A DNA stretch of 63,651 bases, filler included, from Octopus bimaculoides (GCF_001194135.2; 4 parts of 3 records of this genome joined end to end with filler, not necessarily neighbours in it), one strand, 5' to 3'. Shown: positions 1-14,090, counted from the first letter of the whole stretch. Notes: generated from the sequence alone by a model not told the origin. Program-made: numbers and translations.

Positions 1-37
<37 letters not shown>

Positions 38-519
38 GTACATATAGATGTATGTATTCTATGAAATACGTATGCATATATACGCATAATATATCGTCTA
101 GTGACAGCTTTGCGTGTGAACCGTGTCTCAATTAAACAATGTTAGCTAAGTGATAGGGGTGTGAAGTAACTAGGAAGAGTTTGACAAATGACAACCCTAT
201 ATTAATTAAAGAGAGACATAAAACAAACGAATGCAACCCAACACGAAGCATAGATTCACATTTGTGAGTTCGCCTGTACTGTCTTATCAGACCCATTTGA
301 CAATAAAACATCACAACGTATAGAAATACATAGAATTAGAGAAAAAAATGTTAATTCATACAATCAAAAATACAAACACCGGAAATCTGTGCGTGCATGT
401 ATGTGTGTGTAAATATATGTATGTGTGTGTAAATATATGTATGTGTATGTGCCTGTACATGTGAGTGTGTGTGCACGCGTGTATGCACGTGAGTGAAGAC
501 ATACACATGTGCGCGTGTG

Positions 520-575
<56 letters not shown>

Positions 576-584
576 TTTTCTACT

Positions 585-782
585 CAAGGAACAAGGCCCG
601 AAATTTTTGGGGACGGGCTAGTCGAATAGATCGACCCCAGTACGCAATTGGTACTTAATTTATCGACCCTGAAAAGATGAAAGGCAAAGTCGACCTCGAC
701 GGAATTTGAACTCAGAACGTAAAGACACGAAATACCGCTATGCATTTCGCCCAGCGTGCTAATGTTTGTGCCAGATCGCCTT
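585..782 (-). mobile_element. tRNA-headed SINE family A (Meta-like central domain)
   Basis: Reverse complement gives head ggcg..tggcacaaacattagcacgc, B-box-like gttctgagttcaaattcc and gactttgcctttcatc..ggtcgataaattaagtacc. More than 15 copies in the window. Confidence 0.8.
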
Positions 783-1782
783 ATATATATATACACTGAG
801 TGTTTCTGTCTGATGAGACACAGCAATGTCAAAACATCGGGTGCTCCAAAGTCCCCTTACACTAATGAATCGAGTGAGATATAAACACACGTTCGTGTGA
901 AAAGTGACGTTGTTCACCAATAACGAAACAGTAACTGTCTCATGCTCTTCTTATCGAAAGTATTGTAAACACATATTCGTTTGAAAGGAAGAGTTCTCCT
1001 CGAATATCGCAACACAGCAGTGGTTAGAATATTCATATTCAAATCTACCTGAAGATACTAAGAATAAACACGCAAGACATCGTTGGAAAGTAACGTTAGG
1101 AGATTAATTCTTAATTTCATGAAACTATTTCCCGCTTTTACTTTGGGTGTCGCGAACAATTATCGCTAGAATTTTTTCTTTATTTAATACCCCAGTCTAA
1201 GAAATATCGAATTACTTAGCTCGTTTCTGTTTAACTTCTTTACCTTTTCGTTACTCAGTTCTTTGTCGGAGAAGAACTGTGAAGCGTAAATGACCTTGGC
1301 ACAAACTTTAGAAATTTTCTCTGCTAGACAAATTCTGACGGTATTTTCACTAATTACCGGAAACATTAGATAATGTATTTCTACTTACCTTTAGAAGGAC
1401 GGGATGATCAAGGCATCAAGGTTGGAATGCCTTTGATCATAAATTGACTCAATCAACATTGAACTGAGGTTAAACAACAACGTCTATAGCCTCGTATTCA
1501 TGCACCAGTCAAGTTTACTGTCTGATTCCCTGTCTATCTGACTGCTTGCCTGTCTGTCTGCATCCAGTCGCGTTCTGTCTTTCTGTCTTTCCCCCTCTGA
1601 CTACTCCTTCTTACACTCACATTATCTTTTCTTCTTTGTTACACCTTTTTGCACTTCCGGCCTTCTATTTTCACACGATTCCTCCATCACATTGACATAT
1701 TACACATATACACCCAACATAAACATACGCACACATATATTTATATGTAAGAATCTACATAAAATGTGTGTGTGTATGTATA

Positions 1783-1813
<31 letters not shown>

Positions 1814-2167
1814 TGGTGGTTCAGTTTATTATCTCTTAGGGTAACAGTAATTAACACATCACTCCCAATCCTATTCAAACTCATTTATTATGATACTTCA
1901 AAGCCGGGTGTATAAACGTTTTACATATCGCCATCATTTCTCTTTCATTTTCTCTCTCTGTCTCTGTCTCTCTGTCTCTCTGTCTCCGTCTCTCTGTCTC
2001 TGTCTCTCTCTCTCTCTCTGTTTCTCTCACACACACACACCTGCACATATACAAACATAAACACAAACACACGCGTTAATTCCTGTATTTCTTAACACAC
2101 ACACGCATATATGCTGATAATTACATATACACTCGTTGATGCGCACACAATCATAAATATTTACACA

Positions 2168-2310
2168 CAGGCGTGGCTGTGTGGTAAGAAGTTTGCTTCC
2201 CAACCGCATGGTTCCGGGTTCAATCCCGCTGCGTGGCCCCTTGGGCAAGAGTCTTATACTATAACCTCGGTCCGAACAAAACTTTGTGAGTAGATTTGGT
2301 AGATGGAAAC
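2168..2310 (+). mobile_element. SINE family C, 5' half (tRNA head + CORE-like), running into (TA)n and a gap
   Basis: ggcgtggctgtgtggtaagaagtttgc...ggttcaatcccgctgcgtggccccttgggcaag; A/B boxes and a ccttgggcaag CORE-like motif. Confidence 0.8.
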
Positions 2311-4156
2311 TACTAAATTTTTATATATATATATATNNNNNNNNNNNNNNNNNNNNNNNNNNNNNNNNNNNNNNNNNNNNNNNNNNNNNNNNNNNNNNNN
2401 NNNNNNNNNNNNNNNNNNNNNNNNNNNNNNNNNNNNNNNNNNNNNNNNNNNNNNNNCACACACTCAAACACACATATGCATACACACACACACACACACA
2501 CACACATACACAAACATACACACCCAATCCATACAATCCGAGAGCTATTTTACCCCCCGCAGTCAGACACTTTCGAAGTAAAACAACTTAAAACAACTTA
2601 GTCCCTATTGAAGAAAGCTTTCCCTCCGTCTATTAGGGGAGACCCCTCTATAGCCCAACCTCTCTTAAAAACGTAAGTCAAAGATTTTCTTTCCAATCCA
2701 AATATATTCTTTCCCTTGTTATTTTTTCTTCGCATAGTTTTCTTTTCTTCGCTTTTTTTATATTTTTACAATTGTCTTATATACTTATATTTATATCTTA
2801 TTTTATTTCTTATGCTAACAGTGAAGTTCAACAAGTCAAAATAGACTCCGTAGAAGATTCACCGCCGAACTTAGAATTCACTCTCGTCTTATAATGTCGA
2901 AGATACACTCAAAACTTCTACTTTTCGCAAAATATTAAACAAACAAAGAATGAGAATAAATGAATAAAAAATATCAAACAAATAAATGACAGAAGAAATA
3001 AATAAATCAACAAAATACCCAGTAAAACAAATCGTTGTGTTGGGTCTGACGAAGTTGTTTTAGTTAGAAAGTTGTGTGACAGTGAATCTGAAGATATATA
3101 TATGTCGCTGCTTTTGGCTTTCCATGTGAAATCCCACTTTTACTTTTCTCTGTAGCTTGCTCGTATTTCTCCACCCCACCATCATCACTGTGATCACACA
3201 TTTTTATAGACTCTTAGTCGAAGGCGAGAATGGGGTACAATGAAGAATATTTACTGCAATTTTGACTTTGAAAAAGAATATGCTTTTTCAACACCTTACA
3301 AAAACTGTAACAGTTTATGCAAATGACATCTAAATGCATTCGGAACACTATTTCAGAAAATTATCTCCGTTCTCTTGGAACATACAAAAAGGCAATTGAA
3401 TATGACAAAATAAGGTAAATTTGGTTCTTCAGCTCCCTAGAATTACATCTGAAAAAAAAAAAAATCCTACACATCAATATTCATCCTTAGACATCAGGAA
3501 TATCAGAAATGCAACCAAATTTAAATTATCCAGTTCAAATAAAAGAAACTCGTGGAAAAATGGCACATGGCATGACATTAACGAAACCCAATCTGGGAGT
3601 AGCGAAGATGGCAAGCTGGCGTAATCGTTAGCGTCTTGGACAAGATACTTAACGGCATTTCTTCCGGCTGTTTACGCTCAGATTTGAAATTCCGACAAGG
3701 TGAACGCTGTGGTTAAAAAAATTAGTACCGTTCAAGCACTGGGAGTCGATTTAATCGACTGACCACTTCCCTGAGAATTGCTGACCATGTACCAAAATCA
3801 GAAGCATTTTTGAGTAGTACGACTGCTTCTGTACTCTGTAATTTTTGGATGGTAGGGTTCCATGCACAACTGGATAGTCAATTTCTGGGTTGTCTAAGTT
3901 TCCATGTTATATTTCTGAGTGGTTGGTAGGTTTCCTTACACCATTAGACGTAAACAAACCAACGTCGGTTGTTAAGTGGTGTGGTAGGACAAACACAAAG
4001 GCCCACACGTGTATAGATGTATATAAGGTGATACTCCAGCATGGCCGCAGTCACATGACTGAAACAAGTAAAAGAATAAAATAATACATATATATATATA
4101 TATATGTCAAGCGATGTTGGGGACACACACACAGACACACAAACATATACACACAC

Positions 4157-4187
<31 letters not shown>

Positions 4188-5109
4188 NNNNNNNNNNNNN
4201 NNNNNNNNNNNNNNNNNNNNNNNNNNNNNNNNNNNNNNNNNNNNNNNNNNNNNNNNNNNNNNNNNNNNNNNNNNNNNNNNNNNNNNNNNNNNNNNNNNNN
4301 NNNNNNNNNNNNNNNNNNNNNNNNNNNNNNNNNNNNNNNNNNNNNNNNNNNNNNNNNNNNNNNNNNNNNNNNNNNNNNNNNNNNNNNNNNNNNNNNNNNN
4401 NNNNNNNNNNNNNNNNNNNNNNNNNNNNNNNNNNNNNNNNNNNNNNNNNNNNNNNNNNNNNNNNNNNNNNNNNNNNNNNNNNNNNNNNNNNNNNNNNNNN
4501 NNNNNNNNNNNNNNNNNNNNNNNNNNNNNNNNNNNNNNNNNNNNNNNNNNNNNNNNNNNNNNNNNNNNNNNNNNNNNNNNNNNNNNNNNNNNNNNNNNNN
4601 NNNNNNNNNNNNNNNNNNNNNNNNNNNNNNNNNNNNNNNNNNNNNNNNNNNNNNNNNNNNNNNNNNNNNNNNNNNNNNNNNNNNNNNNNNNNNNNNNNNN
4701 NNNNNNNNNNNNNNNNNNNNNNNNNNNNNNNNNNNNNNNNNNNNNNNNNNNNNNNNNNNNNNNNNNNNNNNNNNNNNNNNNNNNNNNNNNNNNNNNNNNN
4801 NNNNNNNNNNNNNNNNNNNNNNNNNNNNNNNNNNNNNNNNNNNNNNNNNNNNNNNNNNNNNGATCTATATCCGGCCGTTACATATTCCTCATTTCTGCCC
4901 CCCCCTTTTATTCCACCCTTTTATAAATTCTTCACGGTACACATCATTCCCTGGTAACATTTGACTAGAAGGGACTACCTATGCGCTCGTTCGACCTGTT
5001 AGAAATAACAGCTAAATTTCAGGACGCTTGGGATAACATAAATAAATATGTATTATCTCAGGTCTCAGGAATCACAGGGCCAGTTACTGGGCTTCCAAGG
5101 CCTATAAGC

Positions 5110-5235
5110 AGGGCCGAATTAAGGCCCTAAGCACTTGAAGGATTTTGGTGTCACCATATATATGTAATTCAAAATATAAACAACAATAAACCATAAAAAA
5201 ACATAAAATAAAAATTTATTTTCCAAAATGAAACC
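5110..5235 (+). mobile_element. End of a hAT-like non-autonomous element (CAGGGC-type terminus)
   Basis: cagggccgaattaaggccctaagcact... matches the reverse complement of 62330-62795, where the copy is split by a family B SINE with an approximately 12-bp TSD (tatatttg/caaat at 62382 and 62713). Confidence 0.5.
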
Positions 5236-5469
5236 AAACCAAGAGTAAGATGGAAAATAATCCTTTCTAATATAGTCACAAGGCCTGAAAGTTGGGCGAG
5301 GGGGGGCCAGTCGATTACATCGACCCCAGTACTCAGCTGGTACTTAATTAACTAACCCCGAAGGAATGAAAAGTAAAGTCGACCTCAGTGTGATTTGAAC
5401 TCAGAACGTAGGGACGTAAGAGGGAAAATGATGTTTCTTTTTGTATTCTTCCACTTTGATATATTTGGT

Positions 5470-5715
5470 GGAGGCACGTGGCTTAGTGGTTAGGGTGTCA
5501 GCATCATGATCGTAAGATTATGGTTTCGATTCTCGGACCGGCCGACGCGTTGTGTTCTTGAGCAAAACACTTCATTTCACGTTGCTCCAGTCCACCCAGC
5601 TGGCAAAAATGATTAACGCTGCAATGGACTGGCGTCTCGTCCAGCTGGAGAACACATACGTCATTGAAACCGGGAAACCGGGCCCATGAGCTTGGCTAGG
5701 CTTTAAAATGGCACA
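5470..5715 (+). mobile_element. SINE family B (tRNA head + CORE-like), tail type 1
   Basis: A box tggcttagtgg, B box ggtttcgattc, gttgtgttcttgagcaaaacactt. Near-identical inverted copy at 28078-28324. Confidence 0.85.
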
Positions 5716-6310
5716 TTTTTTTATTTTTTTAAAATTATATTTGACAAGTTTTCTATTATTTCCAATTGTAAAGTCTTTGATAAGATCCGCAATATTAATC
5801 TTACTTAGTACATCTGTTTGTATTCAAAGAAGAGATAAGGCTCCCCCCCCAATATTATTTTAACAAGTGGCCTATTTGGATTGTAAGCTATATATGTCAC
5901 TTTTTTTAACACCACCACTTGATTACTTTGGGTGTCTTTAGTAGGGTCCACTCTCTTGCAAGCATTTCCAGGTTTCCGGTCAAAGGATAACATTCCCTCT
6001 CTCTCACTCTCTCTCTCTTAGCAGTTTCGGTGACCTTGGAAAAGGGGTTACGTGCAAGGTCTTTCCTCCTGACTAAAAGACTAAGAAAACAACAACAGCA
6101 ACAACAAAAACAGTTAGATCTTCTGTGGTCAGTAGATATGCTAGAAATGCCAACTAAATTTCCTTAACTCACACGTAGCGATCTTAAAAATAAAGAGGCC
6201 ATATTGACCAATGAGTTCTTGATTAAATGTGGTTGATTTGGGGCTTCTAAACAGCAATGAGTGAAACCCTCATCAAAACCTCCAACAAAACAACAACAAC
6301 AACAACAACA

Positions 6311-6363
<53 letters not shown>

Positions 6364-6706
6364 ATGAATTTCAGTATTTGGCAGCGGAAGTTGGCATTTG
6401 AGAGGGTACTGAGTGAGAAAGGGTTTGATAAGTAGAAAAGGAATTCATAGCGAGATGAATATGTAGGATCAAGGGCTGGATAGAAGGCAAGTATGCGTTG
6501 CCTCGCAGAGAACTGCATTATTTGCGCCTACCAAATGTCTACTACATCATTCTTCGTACCTTCACCATCGCCAACATCACACAACCCCATCACATTCTTA
6601 ATGCTTCATTCAAACATTTGCACAGATATAATTTATTTGCTATATCCTGTATTTCTTTGTCTTAGTGTTTATAATCGTATATATATGAGTCTTATGAGTC
6701 TTTGTG

Positions 6707-7029
6707 AAGGCGCGTGGCTCAGTGGCTAAGGTATTCGACTCACGATCGTAAAGTCGTGAGTTCGATTCCCCGCGGAGCGTTGTGTCCTTGGGCAAGACAC
6801 TTTGGTTCGGGTTGCTCCAGTTCACTCAGCTGGTAAAAATGAGTAGTACCTGTATTTCAAATGGCCGGTCTTGTCACATTCTGTGTCACGCTGAATCTCC
6901 CCGAGAACTACATTAAGGGTACACGTGTGTGTGTGGAGTGCTCAGCCGCTTGCATATTAATTTCACGAGGAGGCTGTTTTGTTGATCGGATCAACTGGAA
7001 CACTCGTCGTCGTAACCGACGGAGTGCCA
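6707..7029 (+). mobile_element. SINE family B, tail type 2 (full length)
   Basis: Same head/CORE-like region; tail gtcacgctgaatctccccgagaactac...ggaacactcgtcgtcgtaaccgacggagtgcc. Other copies at 12995-13155(-), 28881-29270(-), 34705-35005(+), 62398-62710(+). Confidence 0.85.
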
Positions 7030-7070
7030 GCTATATGAGTCTGTATCTATCTATCTATCTATCTTATTTG

Positions 7071-7295
7071 TTTATTTCCCACAAGGGGCTAAACATAGAG
7101 GAGACAAACAAGGACAAAAAAGGATTAAGTTGATTACGTCGGCCCCAGTGCGTAACTGGTACTTAATTTATCGACCCCGAAAGGATGAAAGGCAAAGTCG
7201 ATCTCGGCGGAAATTGAACTCAGAACGTAACGGCAGACGAAATACTGCTAAGCATTTCGCCCGGCGTGCTAACGTTTCTGCCAGCTCACTGCCTT
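7071..7295 (-). mobile_element. SINE family A, full length with 3' tail
   Basis: Head to tail ...gtttagccccttgtgggaaataa on the minus strand. Further copies at 7970-8160(-), 12825-12983(-), 18821-18930(+). Confidence 0.85.
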
Positions 7296-8182
7296 AAATC
7301 GCATTGCTGCGATTAATTACGACGATTGTGATGATAGTAGTGGTAGTGATGGTGGCGGTGGTGGTGGTGTTGGAGGTGTGGGTGGTGTGATATGGGTGAT
7401 GGGTGGGGAAGGACGGTGGTGATGGAGAAGAGTATCAGAATTTTTATGGCCGGTGACTCCAAAGTGCAAAGAAGGGTGAAAAAGATGTTGAATTTGCCAG
7501 AGATTTGTTAGATTCTTAACCTCTACACTCTTCCCCTCCTCCCCTCCTCCCCTTCCCCACACTTAAGAACACCTCCACCCCTTTCACCAGTGTCACTACC
7601 CTTTCCTTCACTCATTCTTTTGTTCCATCTCCTTGCTACAGCAACCAGCAAGAATAACAAGAACAAGAACATTACGTTATTTTCACTTGTAATGAATACC
7701 AGGAACGGCATTAACGCCATCACACACCCATCTCCCATCAACACTACTTCCCGATGTTTCCACCAATGTCGTCCTTACAGCCAATGAGAAAGCATTTATA
7801 TGGTCGCTAGATTTGCTAGAAATAGCAGCGAAATCAATATAACATCGCATGCGTGTCCCCCCTTTTTTTTAAAAAAAAAAAAGGCATTAGATAATGTGGT
7901 CTTAGATTATTAGAATTATTTCCCTTATTCCATCATATTTCCTGCTGCATATCGGTCCAATATCGGTAAAACAAGGACAGACAAAGGGATTAAGTCGATT
8001 ACATCGACCCCAGTGCGCTACTGGTACTTAATTTATCGAACCAGAAAGGATGAAAGGCAAAGTCAACCTCAGCGGAATTTGAACTCAGAACGTAACGGCA
8101 GACGAAATACCGCTTAGCGTTTCCCCCGGTGTGCTAACGTTTTTGCCAGCTCGCCGCCTTGAGGAGAGAATTTAAATCTGAA

Positions 8183-8342
8183 GCGGGCATAGTTGCGTGG
8201 ACTCAGAAGTTCTGTTTGCAGTCACGGGGCTTCTGGTTCAATCCTACTGCACGATATCTTGCGGAATTGTTTTCTACTAGACACCCGAGCCTATCAATGC
8301 CTTGTGAGCGAATTTGGTAGATGAAAACTATGTGAAAACCCG

Positions 8343-8423
<81 letters not shown>

Positions 8424-8620
8424 GTGTCTTTGTGTTTGTCCCGCCCTAACACTTGACAAGCAGTGTTGGTTCGTTTACGTCTCCGTAACTTATCAGTTTA
8501 GCAAAAGAGATCGATAGAATATGTAGCAGACTTTTAAAAACAATTACTTATGTCAACTAACCTCTTCTTCAAGGTTGTACTCCAGCATGGCCGTAGTCCA
8601 ATGACTGAAACAAGCACAAG
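8183..8620 (+). mobile_element. SINE family C, full length with internal (GT)n
   Basis: Head, CORE-like segment, (GT)~38 tract, and tail ctccagcatggccgtagtccaatgactgaaacaag. Confidence 0.75.
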
Positions 8621-8944
8621 TTAAAAAATGCTTAAGGGGGAAAAAAATCTGATCTTTGTTCGTGAAGATGTTGACAACAATGGAGATTTTTCCCCCCAGT
8701 TCTGTTGTGCGATGTAGACATGGATCGGGGGTTATGGATGGAGATTTTGATGGTGGGGTGCGATGAGGTGGTGGTAGTGGCGGGGGTTCAAGAAACATTC
8801 GTCAAATGTTTTTGAGAAAGGTCGCTGCTGGTTTTTATTTTGACTTGGCATACTTCGGTTATTATCATCACAACGCCAACAGGTCTTTTGTGTTGGAAGA
8901 GTTCTCTGTGTTTATTTTCTGTTTCAGCTGCGTTGTTGATGTTC

Positions 8945-9178
8945 ATGGTGACGATGATGATGATGATGATGAAGATGATGATGATGATGATGATGATGAT
9001 GAGGAGGAGGAGGAGGAGGAGGATGGTGACGATGATGACGATGATGATGATGATGATGATGAGGATGATGGAGATGGCAGTGGTGACGATAATGATGGTG
9101 ATGATGATGATGATGATGGTGGTGGTGATGATGATGATGATGATGATGATCATGACGTTGATGATATCGCTGACTACA
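8945..9178. repeat. Compound (GAT)n/(GAG)n/(GGT)n microsatellite
   Basis: Trinucleotide runs open in several frames on both strands, abutting a gap. Confidence 0.9.
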
Positions 9179-10229
9179 NNNNNNNNNNNNNNNNNNNNNN
9201 NNNNNNNNNNNNNNNNNNNNNNNNNNNNNNNNNNNNNNNNNNNNNNNNNNNNNNNNNNNNNNNNNNNNNNNNNNNNNNNNNNNNNNNNNNNNNNNNNNNN
9301 NNNNNNNNNNNNNNNNNNNNNNNNNNNNNNNNNNNNNNNNNNNNNNNNNNNNNNNNNNNNNNNNNNNNNNNNNNNNNNNNNNNNNNNNNNNNNNNNNNNN
9401 NNNNNNNNNNNNNNNNNNNNNNNNNNNNNNNNNNNNNNNNNNNNNNNNNNNNNNNNNNNNNNNNNNNNNNNNNNNNNNNNNNNNNNNNNNNNNNNNNNNN
9501 NNNNNNNNNNNNNNNNNNNNNNNNNNNNNNNNNNNNNNNNNNNNNNNNNNNNNNNNNNNNNNNNNNNNNNNNNNNNNNNNNNNNNNNNNNNNNNNNNNNN
9601 NNNNNNNNNNNNNNNNNNNNNNNNNNNNNNNNNNNNNNNNNNNNNNNNNNNNNNNNNNNNNNNNNNNNNNNNNNNNNNNNNNNNNNNNNNNNNNNNNNNN
9701 NNNNNNNNNNNNNNNNNNNNNNNNNNNNNNNNNNNNNNNNNNNNNNNNNNNNNNNNNNNNNNNNNNNNNNNNNNNNNNNNNNNNNNNNNNNNNNNNNNNN
9801 NNNNNNNNNNNNNNNNNNNNNNNNNNNNNNNNNNNNNNNNNNNNNNNNNNNNNNNNNNNNNNNNNNNNNNNNNNNNNNNNNNNNNNNNNNNNNNNNNNNN
9901 NNNNNNNNNNNNNNNNNNNNNNNNNNNNNNNNNNNNNNNNNNNNNNNNNNNNNNNNNNNNNNNNNNNNNNNNNNNNNNNNNNNNNNNNNNNNNNNNNNNN
10001 NNNNNNNNNNNNNNNNNNNNNNNNNNNNNNNNNNNNNNNNNNNNNNNNNNNNNNNNNNNNNNNNNNNNNNNTATGTATATTAAACACACACACGCAGGCA
10101 AACACACACACACACACACATATTTATATACGTGAACCTTTGTATACGGATGTATTTAAAACTGAATGTACGTTTATTCTATATTTCCAAATACATGTGA
10201 ACGCATACACACACACACACACACACACA

Positions 10230-10266
<37 letters not shown>

Positions 10267-10616
10267 ACACAATATACACCTATGCACGGTGACATGCACT
10301 CACTAGTACACACCCTCGTCTCTGCATTGTATATACAAATGAAGACTTGGTGAAAAATGTGAGATGAAAATCAACAAGAAGCAAGAATTCAACCCAAATT
10401 GGTTAGGAGATTACTAGGTCTGCTGAGATCGTAGGTGCCAGGGAATGGTAAAGAAGATAGGATGACAGAAGTATTCAATTGTTTCAACACACTAAATGAC
10501 ATTTTTAATGGATGTAAGAAATCAAACGGACTGGCAGTAACTATTTCTAAAACGTTACAAGCAAAAGAAAAAGCAAAAAATTGTTTATGAAGAGCGGGAG
10601 GGAATTAATTATATAC

Positions 10617-10652
<36 letters not shown>

Positions 10653-11339
10653 NNNNNNNNNNNNNNNNNNNNNNNNNNNNNNNNNNNNNNNNNNNNNNNN
10701 NNNNNNNNNNNNNNNNNNNNNNNNNNNNNNNNNNNNNNNNNNNNNNNNNNNNNNNNNNNNNNNNNNNNNNNNNNNNNNNNNNNNNNNNNNNNNNNNNNNN
10801 NNNNNNNNNNNNNNNNNNNNNNNNNNNNNNNNNNNNNNNNNNNNNNNNNNNNNNNNNNNNNNNNNNNNNNNNNNNNNNNNNNNNNNNNNNNNNNNNNNNN
10901 NNNNNNNNNNNNNNNNNNNNNNNNNNNNNNNNNNNNNNNNNNNNNNNNNNNNNNNNNNNNNNNNNNNNNNNNNNNNNNNNNNNNNNNNNNNNNNNNNNNN
11001 NNNNNNNNNNNNNNNNNNNNNNNNNNNNNNNNNNNNNNNNNNCTAAGGTAGAGTAATATACTCATGACTATTTACACATATATGTATGTGTATGCATACA
11101 TGTATTCATGCATATATATATATGTATGTGTGTATGCATACATGCATTCATGCATACACACACACACACACACACACACATGTATAAGTGTTTCATAGAG
11201 CTTGGTCAAACTGTTGTTAAACTCCTACCAAATATGCTGTGTGCTACCTTCTTTCGTTTTCTATTCATTCTCCTATCTATCTATCTATCTATCTATCTCT
11301 CTATCTATCTATCTATCTATCTATCTATTCATCAGTCTG

Positions 11340-11380
<41 letters not shown>

Positions 11381-11694
11381 TTTGGAAAGATTTGAACTTT
11401 GAGTGCAGAGAGCATTTTGTCCGGTGATCTACCGATTTTGTCACCCATCAATAAAAGTTAGCAATTCCAGGAGGCAGACAGGCAAGACGGACAGATGATA
11501 CGGAACTTCATGAAAAAGAAAATATATATATATATATATACAATACAAGAAGGCGGAATATTATTGTCGTTGTTTGGACGTAGATGGAAGTAAAGCTTTG
11601 TAGCTGAAAGGTGTTTGAGGGAGCGTGAAAATGTGTGTACATGCTTGTGTGAGAGGCGAGAGGGGGAGAGAAGGGTACAGAGTGAGAGAGGGGG

Positions 11695-11773
<79 letters not shown>

Positions 11774-13755
11774 GAGGAATATTTTGGGAGACGAAAGAGT
11801 CTAAAAACTCATTTAAATAGAAAACAAAACTACAAATAAGAAAAGCGAAAATAATAATCCTGTGTACCATTAACACCTTTTCAGTATTATTAGAGTGGAA
11901 CTTAACAGAACCAGACATTATAGAGCGTAACACGAAGAATTTTCTAAACAAATATCGTATACTATACTATAAACCTGGCATCTAACAATCGCACATTCCA
12001 AGAAACCAAAAAACCACAAAGACAAAACAAAACCTGTTTGAAGACTATTGAGCATCAGGGAGCGTTTTAAGAAAGCGGCTTTCAAAGTTGCTTACTACCT
12101 TTGCACCTCAGTCGAAAGCCTGCTCCGTATCTTTGTTGACGAATTGCTGAGTCTCTACGTTCCGAGTTCAAATCCCGATGAGATTAACTTTGCCTTTCAT
12201 CCTTTCTAGTTCGAGAAAAGGGTACCGTTACAGGGTGGGTGACGGGTATTAATTGGCAGAACTATCAAAGAAGGTAGCATTACGGAAGGTGGTATTATTG
12301 GATGACTGAGATGGTCACGGTTGGAACGTTTTGGATGCTTAATCATGAGTCAACTGCAGGAGCTAAACAATAAAAAACATACGTAAAGTGACAAGCCAAC
12401 GAGGGAGTCCCTACGTGGTTGTGCAACTTGCTAGAAATGACAGTGTGCATGGGGTGTCTGAGTGGAACAGTACCTCTCACAGGAAAACACGTGGTACTTT
12501 TCGGAGTAGTCCGTCTGCTTTGGTCCTCACCCGATAGCCTGCTCTCACCTATGGTTCCCTCAATCTGTCAGCGTACAACAACGGCCACATCTCGGGTAAC
12601 AGCTTCCACAAGCCGGCTAATCCATGGTGAGAGTAGCCCACGGCTTTCAAACTTTCGATTAGCAAGGTCTTGTCTACCTATCTATGTATTTGAAAACTCG
12701 ACTTGGCGACTGTGCGGAAGAAACCACCAGAAATAGCATCACAATCACTCTCAAATCACGTTCCATCGTATGACAAATGGAAGGACACGTTGTACAATGC
12801 AGTCTCTGGATATATTCTTTTCTATTCTAGGCACCAGTATGCAACTGGTACTTAATTTATCGACCCCGAAGGATGAAAGACAAAGTCGACGTCGGCAGAG
12901 TTCGAACCCAGAACGTAAAGACAGACGAAATACTGCTAAGCATTTCGTCCGGCGTGCTAACGTTTCTGCCAGCTCGTCACCTTAGTCTCTGGATGTGTTG
13001 TTGGCACTCCACCGCTTACGACGACGAGGATTACAGTTGATCCGATCAACGGAACAGCCTGCTCGTGAAATTAATGTGCAAGTGGCTGAGCACTCCACAG
13101 ACACATGTACCCTTAACGTAGTTCTCGGGGATATTCAGCGTGACAGTGTGACAAGGCAACCATTACCATCGCCGCTATCACCACCAACACCACCACTACC
13201 ACCACCACCACCACCAANNNNNNNNNNNNNNNNNNNNNNNNNNNNNNNNNNNNNNNNNNNNNNNNNNNNNNNNNNNNNNNNNNNNNNNNNNNNNNNNNNN
13301 NNNNNNNNNNNNNNNNNNNNNNNNNNNNNNNNNNNNNNNNNNNNNNNNNNNNNNNNNNNNNNNNNNNNNNNNNNNNNNNNNNNNNNNNNNNNNNNNNNNN
13401 NNNNNNNNNNNNNNNNNNNNNNNNNNNNNNNNNNNNNNNNNNNNNNNNNNNNNNNNNNNNNNNNNNNNNNNNNNNNNNNNNNNNNNNNNNNNNNNNNNNN
13501 NNNNNNNNNNNNNNNNNNNNNNNNNNNNNNNNNNNNNNNNNNNNNNNNNNNNNNNNNNNNNNNNNNNNNNNNNNNNNNNNNNNNNNNNNNNNNNNNNNNN
13601 NNNNNNNNNNNNNNNNNNNNNNNNNNNNNNNNNNNNNNNNNNNNNNNNNNNNNNNNNNNNNNNNNNNNNNNNNNNNNNNNNNNNNNNNNNNNNNNNNNNN
13701 NNNNNNNNNNNNNNNNNNNNNNNNNNNNNNNNNNNNNNNNNNNNNNNNNNNNNNG

Positions 13756-14090
13756 CACGCGCGCACACATACACATACACACACACATAAACGCACGCAC
13801 GCGTGTACACGTACAGACGCACATAGACATACAGACATATATACGGACGCACGCGCGTACACATACATACACGTACGCACACAGACATACACACGCGCAC
13901 ATACGGACGCACTCACACACACACGCACATACACATACGAATGCACACGCACACACATACATACACACGCATGCACGTACGCACGCACACACACGCACGC
14001 GTGTGTGCGCGTACACACACATACGCGCGCGCGCACGCACACACGCACACGAGTACACACCGACGCGCGCGCATGCGCACACATCCCCCA
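13756..14090. repeat. Alternating purine-pyrimidine (CA/CG/TA) tract
   Basis: About 335 bp of near-continuous RY alternation with many CG steps. Confidence 0.85.

Noticed and set aside
1381-1400. Strong minus-strand donor AAG|GTAAGT
   Set aside because: The would-be exon is a SINE tail with no acceptor or coding support.
5470-5560. tRNA genes at SINE heads
   Set aside because: A/B boxes are present, but no complete cloverleaf was seen and all continue into SINE bodies.
8788-10135. 400+ aa ORFs with poly-D, poly-M, poly-H or poly-I
   Set aside because: Trinucleotide microsatellite plus about 890 N; open in several frames on both strands; no splice or homology support.
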